A stretch of DNA of 64,000 nt, from positions 3,348,001-3,412,000 of the forward strand of contig CM060731.1 in assembly GCA_030704615.1 (NCBI GenBank), in the 5' to 3' direction. The notes under the pieces are model-generated. The model was not told the DNA's origin and did no database searches. It saw only the letters and a list, made by a program, of their open reading frames with translations. How positions within the stretch are numbered: the first letter of the stretch is position 1; every line of letters starts with the position of its first letter. This document shows, in pieces, positions 1 through 12,018 of this stretch. Made by a program: the position numbers and the translations under genes. The DNA is from Takakia lepidozioides (lineage: Eukaryota; Plantae; Bryophyta).

Positions 1-2150
1 CTGTGCATACCGTCTGACAAATCTTCTGTAATAACTGGTTTGTCCAAGGAATCTCCTTAGACTCTTAACATTTACTGGTGGTGGAGAGGCTTTAATGGCC
101 TCTGTCTTTTTGGGATCCACAAGAAGTCCCCTCTTACACACAATGTGTCCCCAAAGCACCCCTGAGTTCACACAGAAAGTACACTTCTCTGGATTCAGGC
201 CCAGACCTCTCATCCTGCATCTGGCCAAACATAACTCCAATTTATGCAAGTGCTCATTCTTAGAGCTGTACACACTGAAATCATCCAAGAACACCTGCAT
301 GTAATCAGATACTCATGAAAAGATTCACTTATCACTCTATGAAAGGTTGCTGGTGCATTACAAAGTCCAAAAGACATGACTTTGTATGCATAAGCACCCC
401 AGTCTGTGATGAAAGCTGTCTTTCCCTGGTCTGCTTCTGCCACTTGCACTTAATTATAACCACTGAAGCCATCCATGAATGAGTACATCTCATGGCCTGC
501 CACAGTGTCCAATACCGCTTCTGTGAATGGCAAAGGGAAATGATCTTTCTTCGTACAAGCATTCAACTTCTTATAGTTCACACAAACTCTCAGTTTACCA
601 TTCTTCTTGGGAACTATCACAATGGGTGACAACCAAGTTGTATACTCTATCGGGTATATAAACTTAGCCTCAGCCAACTTCTTGATCTCTTCTCCAACCT
701 TTTGTGCATAGTTGGGATTCATTCTGTACCTTGCCTGTTTGATTGGTACTGACCCTGGTTCCAGTTCAATCTTATGCTGACAGATCTCAGGTGGTATCCC
801 TTTCAGATCCTCGTAGCTCCAAGCAAATACATCTCTGTATTTGATTAACAGACTCTTAGCTTCCTCAAAGAATTCTGGCTCCAAATCAGCCCCTATCTTC
901 ACCATCATCGGTTCCCTTTCAGTTTCCACATTCACTTCTCTCACTTGCTCATCAGCTGTGATTGTGCAACCAGTCACCACTTCATCCTATAAACTCACAG
1001 TGGCTGGTTCATCTAGGATTTCCATTTCTCCCTCTCTTTCTTCATAGAAATGTGGTGGGTAACTGCTTGTTTCACCCTCAATTGGTGTTGCCGTCACTAC
1101 ACCACAACAGATACCTTTTAAACAACTTAGGCCTTCTAGTTGCAACTCTGCAACCTGCTCCCACTCTGGGTGTGCAGCAAACAGGGTAGCTTCCTGCTCC
1201 TCATCAAGTCCTCCCCTCCAGTCATACTCCCTGACCCCTCGAGGTCTTCTCGTAACAGGTAATCTACTAGATTTCTTAGTGGTGATTTGTATCTTGTGCA
1301 TCCCATCATGCACAGTTAGTAACTGGGAATTCCAGTCATGGAATACCCTGGCCTGTTTCAGCCACGGTCGACCCAGCAATAAGGAGTAAGCTTCCATGAC
1401 TTCATCCATTTTCCACACAGTTACTGTGATCTTAAAGATCATCTTTTGAATCTGTATCTTAACTCCTCTTATCAATCCCAATGGCTGAACACTTCTTTGA
1501 TCTGCCATTGTTACTGTAAATGGGGCTGGTTTCATGTTACTTAGACCAAGCTTCTGCCTTAATTGGTCTGTCATGATATTCACTCTAGAGCCTTCATCTA
1601 TCAGTACATCAGTTAGTTTTGTGCTTCCAATTCTCAATTGGATTACTGGCATAGAATCATCAAAGTCCATGACTGTTTCTCGCCCTTCCGGCTTCACATT
1701 ATAACTGGTCACCTTGCTGTTCAGGTCTGTGTTCCCTGTCACATGGGCAATCCGATTGATTGCTTGATACAGCCTGTATCTACAATAAGGTGCCACAGCC
1801 AATAGCTGTCCAATGGTAATCTCCGCTTTGGACTGACATATTACTTCAGCCAAAGTCCCTTCATTACTCTTCATTTCTGCAGCTTCTTTCTTCCCTTCAT
1901 CCTCATTCACTTCCTCTTCTCTTTCAGAATCAGAGGAATCTGCCATAGGAATATCAGTACTCTTCTGCATTTCCCTTATGGTATCTGCCACTTCCTTGTG
2001 CAGTTCCTTCTCATCTCTCCAAGCCTCATCATCTTCAGGCACATCACTGCCATCTTCATTATCATTATCTTCCTCATCTACTGGAGGTATTATTTTGGCT
2101 TTGCTTCTGGTTACTATCATTGTACTTACTTCTGGTACAACACATGGCCT
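1..2150 (-). mobile_element. Ty3/gypsy LTR-retrotransposon gag-pol remnant (aspartic protease + reverse transcriptase), disabled, running off the window start
   Basis: ORF 987-2270 has a protease-like VLIDEGSRVNIM and YSLLLGRPWL. ORFs 450-980 and 210-449 have the RT motifs WLSPIVIVPKKNGKLRVCV, YSFMDGFSGYN and MSFGLCNAPATF; MQVFLDDF is in a shifted frame near 275-300. Protease-then-RT order fits gypsy. In-frame stops at ~987 and ~450. The ORF N-terminus beyond ~2150 looks non-homologous. Confidence 0.92.
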
Positions 2151-3097
2151 AACCATGTGAGCTGCAAGGTAGCCTATACTATATGCGCACACAAATGCAT
2201 GCATATGGAGGAATGTATGCGTGCATACAAATTTTAGATATGCATAGGAACAAATTTTTATGCACAACACTTAAATAAGGGTACCCAAAAAAAAATAAAA
2301 AATTGTGATTCATCTAATCTTAGGGTCCATAGTCAAAATATCAAAGAATGGAATAAGAATATTATATATAGAATATTCCATGTTCATTGTATTATTATTC
2401 CACATGGGTGAGTGTAGGAATGGGAGAGGAACATGTTGCTTTTATGGCTTTCCAACATGAGAAAAAGGGTCGAAAAATTAAAAAGTGACGAGGCACGGCT
2501 CCTTGTTAGATACAAATGGTGAAGGTACGGGCTCTTCCAATGGTGGGAGTCTAGTTTGAAGTTCAGAATGGAGCAATGCTAAGGGAATGCTACGGAGCTT
2601 GTTACATAGGTTTTGCAGTATCTATATATCTATCTTCTGAAACATTTTTATTTTACAAAAACATAATGTCCATCAGAGATAGAACCCACAACCTATCGGG
2701 TATCAAGCCTAGTTCATACCACTACACTACCCATTCAGACTTGAAACACTAATGAAATGAAACACTAATGAGATAAAGATAGTCACCCTGTGTGTACATA
2801 ACATGCCACAATACTCATAAGGGTTGATCTTACTAATGATGAAATTTGATAGTGCTGAAGTGCATGTCGAACTTGCATAGTAAAGGGATCTATGAAATGC
2901 AGTAGAGATCTATGTACAAACTATTACATAGATAAATCAAATGACAAGAAGATAACATGAAATCTGATTTCAACACCATGTCATTTGCCCCCATTTGTTT
3001 TACCTTACACTAGAGAGAAACACATGTATTATAAAAAATAACAAAAAATTCGGACTGACAATGAGGACAATGTATTGTATATGTAATTTCTAATTAC

Positions 3098-4400
3098 CTA
3101 CATAACATCATCAACTGATACTTCGTCATCCGTGTCATAAGCCTGTAATTCAGAGGCATACACATCCATGAAAGCCTCAACTCTACGCAACCTATCCACG
3201 GATTGTCCAACAATAGCTGCTCTTCGGTCAAACAACAGATCATTGGAAAGACCTACATCACGTTGTTGATGTATTGAATGCAAAGCTTGGGACTCGGCAT
3301 ACGAAGGTAGATAAAACGATGAAAGAGGACTTTGGGGTAGACTATCGTAGATGGTCCGCACAATCCCATCACTGCATCACACATACATGTATACTTATGT
3401 TAACAAATCAAATGGGAATGGTTTGCTTTGAGATTGCAATAAAGGGAATGGAGGCGAGACATACTCACTAGGAAGTACTGCCGAGATGAAGACCAAGCTT
3501 GCGCGCCACCTTAGGAGCGGGGGGTTCCAACAAACTCACAGGACGTTGAATGGTTGGAGTTACCGCAGATGCAACCAAAACGGGTTGAGTATTTTGAAGT
3601 GCAGAGAGACGTGCTGTATACAACGTCTGGTCCCCCTCAAGACCAAATACGTGACGTCCAGACTCGCGGGCAGCAATAAATGTAGAACCTGCAGGAAAAA
3701 AACATGCAATGATGATATTATATTGGATAACAGTTAATGATCAGGAATCAGCTCAGAAGATTTTAATTACAAAATGGAGACCAATGCAAACCTGTGCCAG
3801 CTGTGAGATCCAAAATGCGGGAGCCAGGAGGTGAGCATGTCTCCAACAACACTTGCATGAAACGGGACTACGGTCTCGCGCACCCCTCCAGGCTTGTTGA
3901 GGAGTTTGCATGGGTAGTGCAACATCTGGAATGTGGTTGTAGATGACATCCAACTCAACAGGGTCTGCAAGGGGGTCCACAACTTTGCCAGACTCACGCA
4001 GTTTGAACAGTCCTCCTTGCTTGGTGAGGACATGGGCGTGGAAGAACATGGTCTGTTAGACGTGCCATTTCCACAAAAACAGTGCACCCAGATGGTTTAA
4101 TAATATGTATGAGAGTAGGAAGATGAAACATCAAACAATGAGATATTGAAGAGGGATGATTTTTACCTTTCCTGTCTGAGTGTGTAGAGGGGTGGTATTG
4201 ATGCAAGTATATTTCCTTGATAATACGGAAATAGAGTTGCCCCTAGAGTAAGAAAAGAGCTCCAATGCAAAGAAATCATCGGAGCCCTGCAAGAACACCA
4301 AGCATCCATTGTCATCCAACAGGTCATTAGCAATGGAGAATGCATACTCCCAATACCGTTTATCACGCTATGGGTGCAGAAGAAGGTGATGAATGCAGAT
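3098..4400 (-). pseudogene. Degenerate spliced N6-adenine/N4-cytosine DNA methyltransferase-fold gene (copy 1, homologous to the MULE cargo gene at 42388-45771)
   Basis: GT-AG exons ~4400-4167, 4052-3792, 3688-3469 and 3371-3098 give RYWEYAFSIANDLLDDNGCLVFLQ / TMFFHAH..DVIYNH..WRGARDRSP(frameshift ~3862)FMQVLLETCSPPGSRILDLTAGTG / STFIAARESGRHVFGLEGD / PLSSFYLPSYAESQALH. These read as amino-MTase motifs X, I and II. Motif IV was not clearly recognisable. Confidence 0.75.
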
Positions 4401-5166
4401 CGAGGCATGCGACCAGCTTGATCGGAGAGAGGGCAATGAGTTTTGTACTATTTCACTCAAGAGGATCTGGTGATGCCATAACTGATCCTACTTTATGAAT
4501 CATTTGAGAGGTTGCCCTTTCGTCAGAGCATCTTTGGCACCTACGTTTGCGCAGTTATGAATAATATTTTGCTTGTTTCGGTCTGGCTGGGAAAGGATAG
4601 AAGCAGCCATGGCCCATTCGTCGTCTGCATCGACATGCTGGGTTGGCTGGTAAAATTCTGCAGCTTAGGGTTCCGACTGTTAATCTTGCCGTGGAATCAT
4701 CGAGTTCGCGTTACGTTCATGAGGTGGTGTTGTGCAGTTCATATGGAAGGCTTCTTCTGCGTTCAATTCATTCTGACGTGTTCGAATTAGCCTTTCCCTG
4801 CACACCGTATGCCTCCATGTGACCAAAATGATATCGAAAGGAAAAAGTAGAAGTAACTACACGGCTGTGGAGCTCGTTGATAAAGAAGTCTCGGGGTTAT
4901 GGACACTAATGAAGATGAACACAGCAACGTAGTCCATGAAAGAGACGCCCAGTCGTATGGAATCTCAAGAAGAGGTCCAGCTGCTAAGGACATCAAATTT
5001 GACGGCGTTATAGGCCCCCTCTACCCACCAACACATTCAAACAGAAGCAGACGAGTCATCCTTTCTTGCGAGTGCATTTTCTTCCTCCGCCATACGGGCA
5101 CCCCACTTTCAGCTGCAGAGTATGGAGGATATATTTACACAGTATCAAACAAGAACCCCTAGGCAA

Positions 5167-5400
5167 GCAAAAAATTTGAACTCTGTGACTGCCCCGCAGC
5201 TATTGATTATTCTTGAAGTGACAGTTCGTCCTAATCTCGCCTTGATTTCCTGTTAACACATGTGCTGATGTGAGCTTCAAGAAGCAAAAAATTTGAACTC
5301 TGTGACTGCCCAGCAGCTATTGATTATTCCTAAAGTGACAGTTCGTCCTAATCTCGCCTTGATTTCCTGTTAACACATTTGCGGATGTGAGCTTCAAGAA
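5167..5400. repeat. 117-bp tandem duplication covering the peroxidase 3' end
   Basis: 5167-5283 and 5284-5400 are near-identical, with AAG microhomology at the junctions. Confidence 0.95.
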
Positions 5401-6648
5401 GGCAGACGAGAAGGCTTGGTAGAAGCTATTTTCATCACCGGCAAAACCTGCCACAATGCCTGCTGTTCTCGGATCTTGGCCAAGCTCTGAGTCGATGGTG
5501 AAGAGGCCCCGCCCGTTCATAACATCTTGATAATACTGGTTGTCAAACACCAAGTTGGTGAGGTCCGTGGGGATGATGGTAAGGTTGGTCAATGATGATG
5601 TCAAGCAAGAAGCGCGCAGCTGACCACCAAATATCAAACCCAGTTGTGGATCACTCTCTGACAGCCGGTTCTGGACACTCACACAGTGCCCTACCCCAAT
5701 TGTGTGAGCCCCTGCAGCACCAGTTAGACAGCCAGCATATCAGCAAACTTATCTCCACTGCAGACCATAGGTGCAGGTTGAGGAAGATCGCAACAAGAAT
5801 CTAAATGATGATGCAAATCAAAATTTCATAGAATGTAACACCTCGCAGTTCATACCTAGGATAGCAACACTCTCTTCAAGGTTCATTCCAAAGGATTTAA
5901 AGACATCGATGAAACCGTCCACACTGACAGAAACTTTTGGCAATAGTGCATCCGCTCTCAAGTTGCTGCCAGTCGTAGCATCGCGACGCCCCAAGAGAAT
6001 TGGGAAGACTGGGCCTCCTGTGAAGGACACCGCATCCCGGCCTGCCATTGCAATTATGTCCGCACACGACACAGTGTTTGGACAAATGCTCTCCAGGACG
6101 CCCTTCACACGGTCAATAAACTCGAATCTTCGAACACCAAAATTGGAATCGGATACCATTTCACTTGTCATATCAGCGGTTGAATCCAGCATAATCGATG
6201 CATCACAGCCCTGCACACAACAGCGGATACCTGCACGTATTAAGGAACTGTTGGCAACTGTTACAAATATAGGGCATCTCAAGGCGTACGCGACGGAAAC
6301 TAGAGAGCTTGCTACTATACAGCACTGTGAGGGGCTTCAGCAAACTCTGAGCTCAAATGAGCTCTCCAATAGGCCCAGTGCAAGAAACGAAGAAGAAACT
6401 AATGCAGGGCCCGAGCAGGAGCACGCAGTTACCTGGACTCGACAGTCATGAAAGACCAGGCGAAGGAGGGCAGCAGGTGCAGTGGGGTCAGTTGCCAAGC
6501 TGGCATCTATAGTAGCCTTGGCCACGGATTCGGCCATGGAGCAGCTGTTGTTGTAGAACCCGAATTCTAGCTGACCCGTTGTTCGGCCCAAACTGAGTGT
6601 AATAACCACCACCACAAACAAAACTGTGGGCCATGCTTCTCTCAGCAT
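5317..6648 (-). CDS. Class III secretory heme peroxidase, ~321 aa; exons 6648-6433, 6210-5856, 5711-5317
   Basis: Signal peptide; distal motif LLRLVFHDCRVQ|GCDAS; VSCADII; GRRD; proximal G|AHTIGVGHC; FDNQYY; GEIRTNC. Two GT-AG introns with consistent phase. Confidence 0.95.
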
Positions 6649-9639
6649 TCTGTGAGTGGGAGTGTAACTCTGTCACCACGCCCTGAGAGAAGTTGGATAA
6701 TGTAGAGCAGCGTTCTAAGGGCTGAATGTCTCTCTGCTCTTTCGTGAAGGCCAAAGTGAGACGAATACTCCCTGCCACCTCTCTGCGACTGCTATGACCC
6801 CAACTAGACTTGCTCTCAGTCTCCGTGCAGGCAAAAGAAGTATGGTCGGCGTTTCTCTCCAGCCAGTCTCCAAACCAAGCCCAGCTTCTCCCTATGTCGC
6901 TCTCTCTCACAATGGCAGTGTACCTCAAGCTCTCTCTCTCTTCTGCCTCAATTTGTCCCGCCTGAAAGTAGAGAGACAAAGCTGGTGCTGAGGCAGTGAA
7001 TCAAAGACGTCCGACGGGAACTCGCGAGTGATCGTGGCGGGCACTTGCTCGACGATAATTGAAATGGGCATCATTAGCTTCCTAGAAATACTGAAGGAGA
7101 GCAGGTAGGTGTACTGAGTTGATAAGTACAGAGAGGGCTGCAGCTTTTGAACTTATTATCCCTCTTTAGATCTCTGTTTCCTCCCCATGTCAGTGCGCTG
7201 CATTGCTCGGTCTGTGGATGATGGCAAGAGGAGACGAACGCTATCTACTGCCCACCTCATTGTCCGCCTCGCCACACACTTCCCTGCAGCTCTTGCAGAT
7301 GTGCTGACACTCGAGGGCTTTCGCAAAGCGCAAGATATTCTTTCATCAGCAACGCCATCTAGGTACTCGATGCCAAGGACTTTACTCCCGTATTCATTGT
7401 GCACTTGCTGTAAGAATCTGACACTGCGCCTACCCCTGTCTGCTCTTCAACGACCCTTTACGTGTTGCCTAACGTTCAGTGACCAGCCTGAAGCTAGGTG
7501 ATGAGGTGAGCATGAAAAGAAATGTTTTTGAAAAGCGTGATGCAGTGATGCCATCACTGGGCTGCCACTGCGAGCTCGCCACTCTCGCATCCCTCTCCGA
7601 CCTGGCAAGGGGCTTTGCCTACACGTCTCAAACCGTTGGGATGCTCGTTGCTTCTTTAGTGACTCACTAGCAGAAGATCCTTACTATATACACAGTGTCA
7701 ACATGCTTCAGAAGCTCCATTGCTACAGACAAATTTGAGCTCATCACTTTATGTCACCCCTCTCAGCAATCCTTTCCTTTCCTGTGAGTATGTAATGGTA
7801 GTAGGCTACTCTGAATCCAAGCAACTTAAGAAGATTTGGATGAAAAGCATGAAAGGCTGTATATATTTTTCTTACAAAGTAGGGGCAGAGCCCAAAAACT
7901 TTCTTGGCTGGAGAGACCACGTGCCTTTCTCCTCGTGTACCTTCCCCAATAAATACTTGCCTGTGATGCAGTGTGAATGTGAAGTGGATCATTATTTTCC
8001 TTTGCAGTGGAGGCCTCCAGCCTCAATCATATATTTAGAGTTTCATCCATCTATCGTCATCCATATGGTGAGTGCTATGATATTCAGTTCCCTTCTTTTC
8101 TCATTTTTCTTTCTGAAAAGGAAGGGAGAATTCTTACCTCCTCAACTAAAACTAAAGTAAAATAAAACATGAGGCCTCCCGAAGGAGGCGTAAATCATGG
8201 TGTATTTTGACCCCGAAGACCGCTACCGCCCTTCAACAATGTAGTGAAGGCTTGGATAGGTGAATACCTGAACGAAAATGGACGCTTGAAAATGGATTAG
8301 TTTTGGAAAGACCCGTGCAATTGGAAGATATACACACCGGGTTATAGTGGTTGCATCATGCATGTGCACATGTGAACCTCTAGAGTCTACAAGTTGTCAT
8401 AATACATTAAAGGTGTGAAAATACAACAATTTGTGACCACAAGTTTGTAAACCAAGGCAGAATGTCAATGAAACAAAGGAAAATACCGGACATAAAGCTG
8501 TATGTCACAAAATGGACTTCAATCTTTAATATCAGCTGCTATGTAATTAGTTACACAAAGTGTGGGCTCTGGGGGTAGACCACATGACCATTCCTGGATC
8601 AGCCTCCATGGCCTTGTCACCTGAGGTTATTTTTTCCTCTATGTACTCTTTTGGGCTTTTAGTCCCTCTGCTATAAAATTTCAGGGCTTCTGTCCCCTTT
8701 CTTAAAATTAAGAATTAAAAAAATTAAGTTGGGTGATTGATTTGTTTGGTCGGTGGTTACTTGTTTGCAATTTTGTATCGGGGATTATTTGCTTGATTTT
8801 AGTAGAGAATGGGTCTATGATACACTCCGAGCCAATATTTAGGAACTTGTTTGTCGTCTTTAGATTATGTGGGATATATATGTATATATTCCCAATTGGT
8901 GTTGGATGCTATTTGGGGATATAGCTATGATAAAGGGCAGTCGTTTTGTTGTTATAAGGTCATCTCTTTATTTGTATATAATTCAAGCAGTAAAGGTTCA
9001 TTCACACCTGCCGATTGTGCATCACATGTTCAAGGCGTATCGTCACGGATTAGGGTTTCAACCTAGATTTTTTGTCACTACTTGCCTACACTACTTATCC
9101 ACTGCTACTCCTATTCATACTTAGGTGCAGTGGTACCCTACCATCATATGTACTAACCTGTCTGCTTGTGTTCATGGCTGTCTGGTGGAAAATAGTGAAG
9201 TACCTGCGACAAGATGAAGCACATGTGCGCACCTCTTTCTCGATGCATCAGGAAAATCCCTCGAACACAATCATGATGCAGTGAATCTGTCATTTTTCTT
9301 GCAGATTTAAGATCGTTTGTTCACCACCTTTAATTTGAGTGGTCCATTGTTGTGATCTACAGGAGTAATCAGTAGTTACAATCTGATTTCGAGCAAAAGT
9401 TTCACAAACATGAGGCCGTTGAAGGTGGTGGTGCTTGCACACTTCTTCCAGGTCATACTGCATGCGTATGAATCTCTATTGTCATGTTACGAGGATGAAA
9501 CGAACGCCATTATACCTGATATGCCACACATTCCAGAGCCACAAGACAATAGAATTGTTCTCTAGACGATGATCAACTCATTAGTGCTTCATCAAATATC
9601 GAATGTCTTGTGTATACGAGCTACTTTTGAACAGAAATT

Positions 9640-10730
9640 TGGGAGACTGGGTGAAAGCCCGGTCAACCACGTGGTTCTCCCATTTCTAATGACATAATAC
9701 AAAGATTCATGTTGGATAAAACACTTCCGGGTGACCAGAAAATTCATGAGCCAATTGACAGCAAAGCTAAAACCTCATATTGAGAAAAGAGATATCAAAT
9801 TTCGATGCGTCGTTCCTCTGATTATCAGAGTTGCTTGTACAATATATAAACTGTCACATGGAGTTGACTATCTCCAGTGCTTAGAATTGTTTGCTATCGG
9901 GAAATCAACTGTCCATTTGGTAGTTTGGGAATTTGTCTGCTCAGTGAACCAGGTTTTCAAAAACTAGTTAAAGTGGCCGGAGGAGGATGATTTGAGGCAA
10001 GTAATGTCCGGTTTCCAGAATCTATGTGGTCTTCCAGGAATCCACAGTGCAATAGACGTCACGCAAATTCATATTACCAAGCCTCGAGGACCTTTGCCAA
10101 CGATTATTTCAGCTACAAATCAAAAGCGCACAATCTTCAGCTCCAAGTGGTAGCTGACCACCAAAAGAGGTTGAGGGATGTATTGGTAGGGATATCAGGC
10201 TCTATGACCAACTCTCCCATTTTGCGAACCTCAAGCTTGTATCGAAAAGCAACGATGGGAATCTATTTTGACCTGAACTCGGCGATCAAGGGATCAAGCC
10301 TTACCTGATTGGCGATAAGGGCTACCCCCTTTTTCCTTGGTTGCAGATTCCTTACAAGCATGGGAATGTACACCACAATGTATTGGAAGCATTATTATTC
10401 AAAAAAAGCTTCACATAGTTGTCTCTCAAAAAAAAATTGAATGTGTTATTTCTACTAGATATGTGGTCTGTTATTGTATCATTTACAACATGATGATTGA
10501 GACAAAGATCTCTCGACATAAATGCTTTGATAATACAACTTGAATTTGAAAACCGCAATGATGCTGGTGTCCATCCTGCTCAAGGGAAGCTTGTGAACAA
10601 TGGATTCCAATAGAGCCTACAGTTGATAATAACGAAGATGAACCAGAGTTGGAAGCAGCAGAAATTTCAAGAAGGGAACAAAGCCACATTATTGAGCAAT
10701 TTCTTGCAAATAGACCACATTACAATAGAA
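9640..10730 (+). pseudogene. Harbinger DDE transposase remnant
   Basis: WVKPRSTTWFSHFL, FAIGKSTV, GLPGIHSAIDVTQIHI, LQLQVVADHQKR and YLIGDKGYPLFPWLQIPY, interrupted by stops and frameshifts. Confidence 0.88.
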
Positions 10731-10924
10731 GATAGAAATATGTACAATGGCATTGAGCCTGAATGATACAATGGCAATTTCAGCCTGCAATGTTTCACTA
10801 CGTTGCACTTAATAACTGTAGAATGATTGTTCAAATGAACACACTAGCTCCTGCAAAATCTCTTGCAGATTTAAAGGAATGCCAAAATTGAGCTAGTTGC
10901 TAATTCTTTCATTTACTGCTATTG

Positions 10925-12018
10925 CTATCCTTGAGTCACTGGTACTACAGTTGCTTCGTCTTCTGATGAAGAATCAAAATTAATGGCAATCGATGTTGGC
11001 ATCTGTATTTTGTCTGCAATGAACGCATGGCACATGGCCTGGCTTAACTGTTGAAGCATTGGATACCATGTTACGGCTGGTCTTGTGAACCTTCTTGTCA
11101 TGGTGTTTGAGGTATTCCAATTGTTCTTTAGCAGTGCGCTCATAAGTTTTATTGCGGCGATCTTCGATCTACACTTGAGTGTTGTTCAAGCGATCCATAG
11201 CCTCTACTATGACTTTGCTATTCTTATCACTAGCTTCAATCACGGGGGAGAATACACTTGTTCGTTTGCATTTTACGCCGGTGCTTCCGGGAACAGGAGT
11301 GATCGGTGCAGCGGGAGATTGGTTGGAAACCTGGCTGGTCAAATTTATGAATGCAGGGCGTTCGGTCTGGGTCTCCGAATAGTCATCCAAGTTAACCACA
11401 ACTCTTCCTTGTTGTTCTTCTGGTACCCGCTCAGATACTCGCTCTCCCCGCTTTTCAGGCACAAAATCCTCACCGAGAAAGTCTCTCGTGAGTGATGTTC
11501 TAGGAGCTGCGACTGAATCTTCTTCATGTTGATTATGAATCGCTTTTACCACAGGTGGTGCATAATTGCGATCACCTTCAGCATGCACATCTCAAACGTG
11601 CACTGACGCATTGATAATGCTTCACCTTGGAAGACCTCGATAACCTCGTAGAATTCCTTGTTATATTGTCGAGGGAGGTGAAACTTGTCCCGTTCACCAA
11701 TTGTCAAATCCTAATAGCACGTGTTGTGGGCATATTCCTTGTGATAGTCCGAGAGTTTTTTGTAATTTGAGTTGAGACCATTCCACTTATCTTTACACAT
11801 TTTTTCATTGCGTGACATTCTGCTCTTGGTAATCTTTTGAAGCTCTTCTGCAATAGTTTCCTTTCGTTGTGGAGCGAGTACCATATATGCCCAGGGATCC
11901 ACGAGTGTGCGGTGTGTTCAGCATGCTTGCATTTGATTAGGGCTACACCTTCTGCATGATCCCAGTTAGTTTGTCGTTGGCGACTAGGTCCTGCTCCTGC
12001 AACGCCTCTTCGCGTCAT
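10925..12018 (-). pseudogene. Harbinger Myb/SANT (trihelix) DNA-binding protein remnant
   Basis: RQTNWDHAEGVALIKCK and KMCKDKWNGLNSNYKKLSDY, frameshifted, inside the TIRs. Confidence 0.8.

Noticed and set aside
2150-5050. TIR/TSD boundaries around MTase copy 1
   Set aside because: No convincing terminal repeats or TSD found by eye, so no element is claimed there.
5771-6451. 226-aa plus-strand ORF
   Set aside because: Antisense shadow of the peroxidase exons.
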